From Squalus acanthias (lineage: Eukaryota): 64,000 nucleotides of DNA. The notes beneath the pieces were generated by a model that did no database searches, was not told the origin of the DNA, and worked only from the letters and a program-made list of their open reading frames with translations. A program made the position numbers and the translations under genes. The DNA lies in assembly GCA_030390025.1 (NCBI GenBank), contig CM059432.1, forward strand, positions 40,488,001-40,552,000, given 5' to 3'. Shown here piece by piece: positions 25,101 through 37,100 of the stretch (the first letter of the stretch is position 1; each line of letters begins with the position of its first letter).

Positions 25101-28100
25101 TTATCAATTAGAAATAAATAAGAGTGAAAGCATATGATATTGAGAAGCCCAACAATATTAAAAAATATAAAACAAAGAACATTTTGCAAAGAGAGGATAT
25201 GCAACAACAACAACTGCATCTTTCACTTAAATAACAGTGTTATGGAACAAGATAACTCACGGTGCTTCACAAGAGGGGAAGAAAATTTGGATACCTGTAA
25301 GATTATCATGTTGGTTTTTAGAATACTTGTTTTAATATCTTATAATCGTCAGTAATGGATTTATAATCGTGTGTAAGAATTAAATGTAGAGGTCTGTAAT
25401 CATCAATTGTATGCAATGATAATCTGAATTATATATGACATGTAATCCTTTTTGCTTATAATTAAAAGTCTGTGAGTAAGCTGTAACCAGACAGGTGAGA
25501 AAAGAGACTGCCATGGTCGAATAGAGTCAGCTAGCCTGGGAAGCAAGGTCAGGGATAGCTGCTACTGTGTTGGAATGTTATGATATCTGTGGTGAATTAA
25601 AAATATCGGCCTCTCACAGTGAACAGCAAGGACACTATGGAGACATGTTGCTTTTGTGTTGCCATAACTACCCCAGATATGAGTCTTGATGGTCAAAAAC
25701 AGATGATGTAAGGGTGTCATAAGACTAGAACCTGCGTAAGCCAAGGTGCTGTGGACGTGGCATCTTTATGATTAGATTTTGGGTTTGGGGTGTAATCCAG
25801 TGATTGGTTCAGGAGGACTCCATAGGTTTTGATTGAGTTATGGGTATAAGAAGGGGGTCTTAACAGCCACAAAATGTATAAGATTTCAGAAAGAGTAGAA
25901 GATTTCAGAGACACAGTAGAAGATTTCAGGAAGAATCAAGGAGACACCCAGGAGATGAAGAGAGACGAGAGACGAGAGACACAGGGTGCAGCTTATTCAC
26001 GGTTGTGGCTTCTACCCAGAGTATAAGGGGTAATAGAAGTCTCAATTATACTTTAGAAACTGCTGTTCGAATACTTTAATGTATTAAGTCTTGCTTTTGC
26101 TGAATAAAGTTAAATCACTGTCCCCAATACGGGTCAACCTCAAATCATTTGGAACCAGGGTCTCTCTGGGATCTTATATACTGAACAGGAATTGGGAGAT
26201 GAACTAGGGGAGATGACTAGGGTCAAGAGATTTGAGAAGGCTTTTTAAGGTGGGGAAAGAGCAAGCAATGCGAAGAAGTTTAGAGACAATTCCAGAAAGC
26301 AGGGCACAGGCATCCCTTTGAAAAATCGCCATTTTCGTAAGAACCATAGCGCTGCCGTTGACAGCACTGACCCCCGAAATGTAAATGAGCAGAACATGAC
26401 ATCAGTCGGCGTGCAACACTGACTTGACGCCATATCTCAAATTTTGACGTTTTCGCTCTGTTTAACGCCGGGTCCTAAGCGCGCTCAGAAAAGCATGCGT
26501 GAAGCAGCACCGCAGAGACACGGTCAGTGCTTCTTAAAGGGACACAAACATCTTTCAGGTAGGTTTGGATTTAAGCTTTTGGACTTTTTTTTTATTTTAT
26601 TTAAGTAGTGGCTTGGTGCAATGTTAAAGGGAGTGCTGCTAGAAGCTTGCAAGGCTTCGGATGATAAAGGATGGCCTCTGAGAAGACAGAATATGTTGGA
26701 AATACTCAGCAGGTCAGGCAGCATCCGTGGAGAGAGACGCAGAGTTCACATCTCAGGTCGAGATGCTGCCTGACCTGCTGAGTATTTCCAGCAATTTCTG
26801 CTTTTATTTCAGATTTCTAGCATCTGCTCGCAGAGGGAAGAGGAAGACGCAGAAGAGGAAGGTGCAGAAGAGAGTCATAACGGGTCAGGAGGTCATTCGG
26901 CCCATCGAGTCCATGCCAGTAAAGTGGAGGAAGCAGAAAAGGAGGAAGCAAAAGAGGAGGAAGCAAAAGAGGAGGAAGCAGAAGAGGAGGAAGCAACGCA
27001 GACAGACCCTTTCTGGTGGGGATATCCGGGATGGAATCATCCACCTGCGGTCCCAGTGACCACAACCCCAATTCCCCTTTCAACATTTGTCCCACACCTT
27101 ACCTTCCCTCTGTTACTGACCATCACAGCGTCCTCTTGGCCACAATGCTGAAATAAAAGCCACCACAAAGCAAACTTTCCAATCCAACTTTATACATCTA
27201 TCCATCCAATATGGCATCAAGAAATCAACTAATCACCCTTGTGCATTCCCTTAGTGATCGTTTTGCATGTGCTTTTGCCTATCCTAGGTGATGTTATGCA
27301 GTGCTACCCCAGTGGCTGCAGCGCCGCTGGTGGAAGGCTGCTGAATTTCAGTGGGGGATACTGCAGATGGTCTTGCAGGATGACCTCGAGGAGCTGATGG
27401 CTGGGACTGTGAAATTGAGTGATGGTGTTTCATCTTCTTCTTCACTCAGCTCTCTCTCTTCTTGGTCAATCTCTGGCTGGGCAGGCTGCATTTCTTGGGT
27501 GTGTGAAATGAGAAAGGCACAAAAGTAGAGTTGTGGTGAGGGTAGGGGGGAAAGCAAGAGCTGCATGCTTACACCATGCGCACCTTGTAAATCAGAAGAG
27601 GTTGTGGGATGAGGGGGAAGTGGGATGTGAGAAGAAGGATAACATATGAGGATACCAGCATCTTGTATCCTTTCAGCCCCGCCGCTGGCCAGGGCTCAGC
27701 CATGCCCCTGCCAAGCATGGCCAGCACTGTCTCCTCCAAGGGGGTGAGGCGAAGCTAAGAATGTGAGGTGTGCCTCGTGTTTGGTAGAGATTGTTGGTAG
27801 GTGAGTGATTGGGGGGGGGGGAGGGGGTCGTGCATTGAGCAGTATGTGAGGCTAGTGGTGCAGTTGGTAGGAGACGGCTTTTGAAGATGCATTCACTGAC
27901 CTTGACCAGTGGTCTGAGGTCATGAAGCTTCTTGGGGTACTGGATCCAGGTGGTGGGGGCGACACTGCTGGCAGACAGCAGGCAGCACCAAAATACCGGT
28001 GTTGCCTGCGATATTATTTCGGGAGGACATTAACTTCGGTCCGCAGTGGCACCGGCAGGTTTCTGGCCTACTTCGATTTCTAGGCCTTCATTTCTTCTAT

Positions 28101-31100
28101 TATTACTGTATCAATTTTATTTTATTGTGGGCTATCAAAAGCACGGAGGAAGCTTTAATAACTCCATGGCTTTATGTGATGAAACTTTTACATCTCCAGA
28201 CAATCTTTGCTACCATCTTGAAAATCCCAACAATTATTGCAGTTAGAAATTATGGATACATACAATCTTGAAACCACATTTTTCATAATGCTAATAATTC
28301 AGCCTGTTTAACGTTATAGCTCTGTGACTTTTTGGCTCTCTGAATATTACAAGAATATATAAGTATATTTTATGTATGTGTGCTGTGGACCTGTGCCCAT
28401 TTGGGACCTGGGTTGAGATTGCCCAAACTCATTTAATATGAGGCCCTTATAATGAGCGGAAAGAGGAGAATGTTCATCCCACTTATTTAATTTATTTAAC
28501 AGTCTATTCAGCACACGCCTTTGGCTGTGCTGTGGGCAAAAGGTTTGTTAACTCATCTTCTGCCATCAAAATACATCAAAGCAACCATTGTTAGTGCTGT
28601 GATGAGGAGCAGCTAAAGAGAGACTAGTAAGTTACAGGAATATTGCTGTTCCCTGCACTTTAAAAAAAAAACACTTTTTTTTTTAAACTGTTCATTCTCG
28701 TTCTGTTATATATGCGCAAGACTTTCTTTAGGGTAAAAGGGGATGATTTTCACTGATGCAAGTGATCGCAGATTTATTGATGGTAAAAACCATTTCTGGC
28801 CAAAATTTTCTTTACAACAGCGTTATGCATAAATTTAAATATGCAAATGCAGGTTTATGAGTTCTGTGCCTAAATTAGCTAATTTAAGCTGGAATGGTGG
28901 TAGTGGCTCTATAATTGGCCTCAGGGCTCTGAATAAGGGAGGGGATTTTTTCCCCCCATTATCTGGGATGTGGCGCCACTGACAACTCCAGCATTTATTG
29001 GCCGTCCCTAGTTGCCATAGCCATTTGATACAACTGAGTGTCTTGCTAGGCCACTTCAAAGTATGGATAAGAGTCAAGCACATTGGTGTGGGTCAGGTCC
29101 CAGCTCCACCTCACCACCACCTCTCTCGATCCCTCCACTGCCTCCGATTTGTCACACTGCTTGTCTGACATCCAGTCCTGGATGAGTAGAAATCTCCTCC
29201 AACTAAATATTGGGAAAACCAAAGCCATTGTTTTCGGTCACCACCGCAAACTCTGTTCCCTAACTAGTGACTCCATCCCTCTCCCTGGTTACTGTCTGAG
29301 GCTGAAACAGACTGTTCGCAACCTTGGCTTCTATTTGACCCCGAGATGAGCTTCCGGCCCCCATATCCACTCCATCACCAAGACAGCCTACTTCCACCAC
29401 CATAACGTCGCCCGGCTCCACCCCTGCCTCAGTTCACCTGCTGCTGAAACTGTGATCCATGCCTTTGTTTCCTCTAGACTCGACTATTACAATGCTCTCC
29501 TGGAAGATCTCCAATCTTGCACCCTCCGTAAACTTGAGTTCATCCAAAGCTCTGCTGCCCGTATCCTAACTCACACCAAGTCCCGTTCACCCATCATCCC
29601 CGTGCTCGCTGATCTATATTGGCTCCCGGTCCACCAGCGATTCAAATTTAAAATTCTCATCCTTGTTTTCAAATCTCTCCATGGCCTCGCCCCTCCCCAT
29701 CTTTGTAACCTCCTCCAGTCCTATAACCCTCCGAGACCTCCAATTCTGGCCTTTTGTGCATCCCCGATTTCAATCGCTCCATCATTGGCAGCCATGCCTT
29801 CCTAAACCCCTCTGCCTCGTTACCTCCCTCTCCTCCTTTAAGACACTGCTTAAAACCTACGTCTTTGACCTCACCTATCCTAATATCTCCTTATGTGGCT
29901 TGGTGTCAAATTTTATTTCATAATGCTCCTGTGAAGCACCTTGGGATGTTTTACTATGTTAAAGGTGCTATATAAATGCAAGTTGTTGTTGATTTTGGAG
30001 TCACATATAGGCTAGATCAGGTAAGGGCAGCAGGTTTCCTTCCCTAAAGGACATTAATGAAACAGTTGGGTTTTTACTACTATTCGACAGCTTCACGGTT
30101 ACTTTTACTGATACCAGTTTCTTATTCCAGATTTTTTAAATTTTTTTTTAACTAATTCAAATTCTCAGGGTGCCATGGTGGTATCATGTTCCCTGGGTTA
30201 TTAGACCAGGCCTCTCGGTTATTAGTCCAGTAACATAACCACTACACTACCATACCTGGTAAATTGGCCGAGTTCCCCATCCCCACCCCACCTCGATCGC
30301 TATCCAATGGCTCCTGTTGGAAGTGTGCATGTGTGAACATTGGGTCAAGACAGGATGCTTACCAGTCAGATAGTTCACCAACATTCACTGTTTAGGCTCA
30401 AGTATGAAGAATAGCCACTTAGGCAAGTTACTGGAGGGCTCTCAGTGTCCCTGGAATCATACTCAAAAATTGGCAGAAAATAAAGGGAATATATTATTAT
30501 ATTAAAAAAAGCCAACTCTGCCTCATTCACATAGGCGGCATTATACTTGCCTGTAGCAGTGGCACACCAGTTTCCTTCTAAAAGTGGCACACCAGTTTGC
30601 TTCCAAAAACAACAACAACGCACAAAGTGTGGTGAATGAGGTTGGTGAGCGACAAGCACAATTACCCGTGTGGGAATATAATGTAACGCCAATAACGGAA
30701 ACGTGGCTTAAAAATGTTGAGGACTGGGTGCTTAATATTCACAGATACAAGGTGTTCAGAAAAGATAGGGAAAGAAAAAAGGGAGGTGGGTGGCAGTACT
30801 GATTAGGGAAGACATTGTAGTGTTGGAAAGAGAGCATGTTCTTGAAGGGGCAAGGACAGAATCCATTTGGCTAGAGTTGAGATGCAAAAAGGGTATGATC
30901 ACGCTATTGGGGGTATTCTATAGGCCTCCAAATAGTGAGAGAGAGATAGAGGAGCAAATCTGCAGGGAAATCACAGAGATGTGCAAGAAATATAGAGTGG
31001 TGATATTGGGGGACTTTAATTACCCAAATATCGATTGGGATAATGTTAGAGTAAAGGGAAAGGAGGGGGACGAATTTCTGAAATGTGTTCAGGAGAACTT

Positions 31101-34100
31101 CCTTGACCAGTATGTTCTCGGCCCAACTAGGAAGGAGGCTTTGCTGAATCTTGTGCTGGGGAATGAGGTGGGCCAGGTCGACCAAGTGTCTGTGGGAGAA
31201 CACTTGGGTAAGAGTGATCATCGTATCATAAGATTTAGATTAGTAATGGAGAGGAGCAAGGAACAATCTAGAGTGGAAGTTCTAAATTGGAAGAGGGCAC
31301 GGACAAGATGGGCCAAATGGCCTCCTTCTGTGCTGTAAATTTCTATAATTCTATGATTCAATGGGATGAGAGGGGATCTAGCCAGCGTAAAATGGAAAAA
31401 ACTGTAACGGAACAATGGGTGATTTTTCAGGAGGAGATGTTTCAGGTACAGGCTAGGTACATTCCAGCAAGAGGGAAAGGTAGGGGAACCAAAGCCAGGA
31501 CTCCTTGAATGACGAGGGAGATAGAGAATATGATGAAACAAAAAAAGAGGGTGTATGATGCATGTCAGGTGAATTCTTCAAGTGAGAACCAGGCCAAATA
31601 CAGTAAGTTGAGAGGGGATGTGAAGAGGAAAATAAGACCATCAAAGAGAGAATATGAGAATAGAATGGCAGTTAACATAAAAGGAAACCCAAAAATCTTC
31701 TACCGGCATGTAAATAGTAAGCGGGTAGTAAGAGGCAGGGTGGGACCTATTAGGGACAAAGAAGGTGATATATGCTTAGAGGTGCAGGACAAGGCTAGAA
31801 TATGTAATGAGTACTTTGTATCGGTGTTTACTAAGGAAGAGAATGCTGACAAAATATTGGTAGAAGCGGAGATGGTAGAGGTAATGGATGGGGTGAAAAT
31901 TGATGGGCAGGATTGTACTAGAAAGGCTGGATATGCTTAGAGTGGTTAAGTCGCCTGGTCCGGATGGCTTGCATCCCAGGTTGCTAAGGGAAGTGGGGGT
32001 GGAGACAGCGGAAGGGCTTGCCATAATTTTCCAATCTTCCCTAGATGCGGGGGAGGTACTAGAGGATAGGAAAGCGGCAAATGTGACACGCCTGTTCAAG
32101 AAAGGGTGTAAGGACAATCCTAGTAACTACAGGCCGGTCAGTTTAACATCAGTTGTGGGTAAGATTTTAGAAACAATAATCAGGGAAAAAATTAACAGGC
32201 ACTTGGAGAGGTTTAAGTTAATTAAGGAGAGCCAGCACGGATTTGTAAAAGGCAGATCGTGTTTGACTAATCTAATTGAATTTTTTGATGAAGTAACAGA
32301 GAAGGTTGATGAAGGGAATGCAATGGATGTTGTCTATATGGATTTTAAGAAAGCGTTTGACAAAATACCACATAGAAGGCTGGTTAACAAAATTGAGGCT
32401 CATGGAATAGGGTGGGTCAGTGTCAGCTTGGATAAGAAATTGGCTTAAGGACAGAAAACAGCGAGTCATGGTAAATGGTTGTTTTTCAGACTGGAGGATG
32501 GTAGACAGTGGTGTTCCCCAAGGGTCAGTGCTGGGACCACTGTTTTTTTTTGTTATATATAAATGACTTGGATATTGGAATACAGAGTAAAATTTCAAAA
32601 TTTGCCAATGACACCAAACTTGGAGGTGTGGCAAACTGTGAGGAGGATACCAATTGATTGCAACAGGACATAGATAGGCTAGCAGAATGGGCAGACAAGT
32701 AGCAGATGGAATTTAATACAGAGAAGTGTGAGGTGATGCATTTTGGCAGAAGGGATAGAGAGGCAATATAGACTTAGTGGCACAGTTCTAAAGGGTGTGC
32801 AGGGACAGAGGGACCTGGGGGCTCATGTGCATAGATCTTTGAAGGTGGCAGAACATATTGAGAGAGTAGTTTGCAAAGCATATGGGATCTTGGGCTTCAT
32901 AAATAGAGGTACAGGAAACTCTCTTTTAACCGGCACCTAAATATCCGGAAATCTCTCTTAACCGGCAAAATTCAGGAGTAGGTTCAGGTAAGTTTTACTA
33001 TATATTAGTGGCCGTGTAACCGGGGTTCCTGCACCTGTGGCCGTGCACCAGGGACTCCTGGATCTGTGGCCATGTAACCGGGGTTTTCCCTCATCACTCT
33101 ACACTGGATCGTAGCATTATATGAGCCAAGTCTTTGCTGAATGCTCGCTGTAAGATCGCTGTAAGATCTGTCACAAGACGGGAGATGCAGAAAACATGCT
33201 GTTGTGTGATGGCTGTGATCGAGGGCACCACACATACTGTTTGAGACCAAAGGTTAAGGTTTGTACATAGTACTTTTTAAATCAAAAAACGTGTAGTTTA
33301 AAATTTTATTCTGGCTACTCAAAAGAAAATTCTTTAATGTGACCGGGGCTCCTGCACCTGTGGCCGTGTACGGGGCTCTCGTACCTTGGTAAGTATACCT
33401 CTCTGTCATCCGGACTTTTTGATCAACCGGCACCACGCCGGTCCCGTCGGTGCCGGTTAATAAAGAGTTTCCTGTATTGAGTACAAAAGCAGGGAAGTTA
33501 TGCTGAACCTTTATAAAGCTCTGGTTAGGCCACAATTAGAGTATTGCGTCCAGTTCTGGTCACCACACTTTAGGAAGGTTGTGTAGGTCCTTGAGAGGGT
33601 GCAGAGGAGATTTACCAGAATGGTTTCAGGGATGAGGGATTTTAGCTACAAGGTTAGGTTGGAGAAGCTGGGGTTGTTCTCCTTGGAGCAAAGGAGGATG
33701 AGGGGAGATTTGATAGCGGTGTACAAGATTATGACGGGTTTGAATAAGGTAGACAGAGAAAGGCTGTTCCCATTAGCTGATGGTACAAGGACTAGGGGGA
33801 CACAGATTTAAGGTTTTGGGCAGGAGATACAGGGGGATGTGAGGAAGAACTTTTTTACACAGTGAGTGGTAATGACCTGGAACTCGCTGCCGACAAGGGT
33901 GGTGGAAGCAGAGACAATCAATTATTTCAAAAGGAAATTGGATAGGCACTTGAGGGAAATAAACTTGCAGGACTACAGGGATAGAGCGGGGGAATGGGAC
34001 TGACTGGATTGCTCTACAGAGAGCCGGCACGGACTCGATGTGGCCACCTTCTGTGCCGTTATGACTATGACTCTAAACTTGGAGCACCAGTACACACTAA

Positions 34101-37100
34101 CTCAGTGCTACCCCACTGTCAGGCCATCTACCTTAAAAAGCCTCAACGGAGGTAGTATGGATGTTCAGATTTTCGATTCAACAGGATTTTACTACAAATT
34201 TGGTAGGAATACACACCAATATCAGCATGGTGCTGGCACCAAACTTACTGTTTAACAGCAGAAGTAAATGCACATTAAATTGGAACCCGATATGTCTGGA
34301 GTAAAGCTGACAAGCTGTTTGGAAGCTTCAAGCTACAAGGAAATATTTTAGCAAACTTGGAACATCAGCTCATTAAACAAAGTCAGTTGGTGTGTATAAC
34401 GATGTCAAATCCTCTCGCTACTTCTCTCCTGCAGAGGTGGTTTAATTTGAACAATCTCATATTTCTGTCGTGACATGAGTAATCTTTCATTAAATATTCC
34501 TTTTAAGGTAGCAAGGAGGTTTAATTAAATATACTTTCCTTGAATCTCCATTTTTATAAAGCTCAAATCTAATTTATTTATAAATGAGTGAAGCACAACC
34601 AATTGAGTCAATGTTGACATTTCTAGATCAAAAGTGACCTGAAAATAATCAAAGGAGAAACTCGCATCATTAGAAGCATTGCCAGCTTTTTCACCATAGT
34701 AAGAAAACTCACTTCGTTCTGCCTTGACAAGATGGCAGCAATAAAAGGCCAATGTTTTTCTCTTTGTTGTTGGATGTGAAAGCCTTAATCTTGCAAATAA
34801 ATAATGTTCAGCCCTTGCAGATGTGTCAACATTGAAAACATAGCAGAGACAACAAGGAAGCTGGAGCTGGGGGACTAAGTAAAGAGCTCAGATGAGATTT
34901 TAACAGCAGGCTCATTCCACATGCACCTCCAGCATCCCTCACTAATGAAAACACTGCTCCAGGCTCCACTCAGCTCCTGTTAGGAGTGGATCCAATATTT
35001 GCCATAATATTTTAAACACACCCTGGGTACATTCCCTTTACAATCTGCATTAATGTTTCAAATCTAGTCCAATCATGCAGTCATTTTCCTCCAGAGGGAA
35101 TCGATTTGGACTAGATCTGAATCATTAGCTTTAATTTCTGTTGACTTAACTCCGGAGAATCTTTTAAATTATTTAATTAAAATACAACTATTCACACAAT
35201 TCTGAATCAATTTAATAATCAGCCTATTTTGATGCATTCTCCTGATGTATTTTCAAATGTTTTAATCTCAAGAATGACTTGTTTTTAAAATCACCATTTA
35301 AAATATACTAACAATTTTACAGTTTAAGCTTTAAGATTAGCAATGAACTGGGTATTTGTCTTCTCCCTATTATGACCGAGTTTGTCACTGCGCTTCTAAA
35401 AAAAGGAATACATCATAACACCACAACTTGGAAGCTCTTGCAATTTATATGCATTGAGAACTGTTAGCTAAATTTGTCTCAATGCCAAATTTTGTTTGCG
35501 CTCTACAAGGCACAACGTGGTCTGGGAAATTGTACATCTGTTGTAGCAGAGGAGCTGGCATTGGGGCAGTCCTCTTGGTGACTGTGGAGCCAATATGTAG
35601 TTTGCCTAATGTCTTTGGTGGCATACATTTTGTGCACAATGGGTGCATGCAGCATCTTACAGGTAAGATCAATCTTCCTTTAATGATTGGAGCCATCTCA
35701 GTATCGCTGTGTTTCCATGAGATTAAGCAGCAGAAACTACCTAACTATACCAAGGAAAATACAATTTCAGCTTTAACTGGCTTTAAGCAATGCAAAACGG
35801 ACAATCATTCCAGTAAATTGAATGTCATAATGACAAAAGGTTGATTACATCCTAGTAAAACAGTCACATTCTGACATGATGCCCCAAAAGCAGATGGAAG
35901 CACGGTAGATAATTCCAATGGACGGTGTATCTTAGCACTTCTGAAATGGAAGAATTGTGAGTCACCTTTCCACCGACTGCATTTACATGAGGTCAATGTG
36001 CAGATTAATTTGCTACTGAGTAGCTTTTTGATTCAATGATGAGAGCATTGGAGTGTATCGGTTTTCTAGCTTCTTATACAGAGCAGATATCAAAAGTATT
36101 GAGAATTAATCACTATTCCAAAAGGTGTTAAAATATACCAACAAATATTTTTAACTGTATACTCTAACTAGATTAATGCGTTTTTTCTGTTTACTCTAAT
36201 TGATCTAAATTATCATCAATTTACTTCATCCCAAATCAGTTTATAGCAGTCAACACACATAAAACAAATTTGGAAGCCCAGAAATGAATGTCTGCTGGCT
36301 ATCTGCTTTCTGAAACGAGTTTGTACAGTTTCAACCAAATTCCTAGTGGGCATCAATCCATAGTTTAAAACTGACCCTAATTTAACACTAATTAGCATTA
36401 AATTGTTGATCACTCAGAAAGACTACAGAACGGCTGGTTTAGAAAATTGAAAGCACTGAGGTTGGGCCTGAGTCGCATTGTTAGGACAGAATGGAGGAAG
36501 CTTGATACTGCATTTAACTATGCCTGACCTGGGAGTGATTTATGCTGGCACTGGATGCCTGAAAATAGAAAGTGCTCCATTTCACAGCACTAATATCGCT
36601 TTATGAGCACAAAATTCACGAACAAAATAGTGGAAAAAAACCAAATTGAGGATAATCTAAAGCAATTTAATTTCTGAATTGCATGAAGGACTTGTATTTG
36701 TTTAATGCTTTATTACATCTGCCAGAAACATCCTATAGCATTTCCCCTACAGTGAATTACTTTCAAGTGTAGTGAGATGTTATTACGTAGACAAATGTGG
36801 CAGCCACTTTGCACACAGCTAGATCCCTCAAGCAATGAGATGTAATCTGTTTTTACTGGTATTGGTTGAGGACACCATAAGAACTCTCTGCTCATCTTCA
36901 AATACTTCCATGGGAGCTTTAACATCCACCTGAACAGACAGATGGGGCCTTGGTTTCACATCTTATTTGAAGGACACTAACTTCAACAACACAGCACTCC
37001 CTCAGCACTCATTGGATCATCAGCCTAGATTATGCACTCAAATCCTGGAGGGGTTTGACCCCACAGCATTCTAACTCAGAAGCAAGAGTGAGCAAAGGTG

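Larger units (their letters stand above)
30615..34075 (+). mobile_element. Long CR1 LINE (APE endonuclease plus RT of ORF2, decayed) with two nested insertions
   Basis: ITETWL, FYRPP, GDFNYP and SDH (endonuclease); [19 protein letters not shown] and [10 protein letters not shown] (RT); TATGAC tail. Confidence 0.95.

Noticed and set aside
26924..27000. 15-bp tandem repeat giving KRRKQ / EEEAK ORFs (protamine-like or NLS-like)
   Set aside because: Low-complexity expansion inside a transposon relic; not a gene.
30559..30608. 25-bp tandem duplication AGTGGCACACCAGTTT.. before the CR1 5' end
   Set aside because: Simple local duplication; it does not match the 3' flank, so it is not a TSD.
33083..33258. 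Functional BAZ1A exon or nested gene
   Set aside because: In-frame stop, 11-bp frameshifting duplication, no acceptor site, and enclosed by TIRs inside a CR1.
33008..33378. CRISPR-like array
   Set aside because: Units are contiguous and degenerate without regular unique spacers; eukaryotic context with no cas genes.
34225..34255. ORF ending HGAGTKLTV resembling an Ig/TCR J segment
   Set aside because: Lacks the F/W of FGxG, has no heptamer-nonamer RSS upstream, is followed by a stop rather than a splice donor, and has no other antigen-receptor segments nearby.
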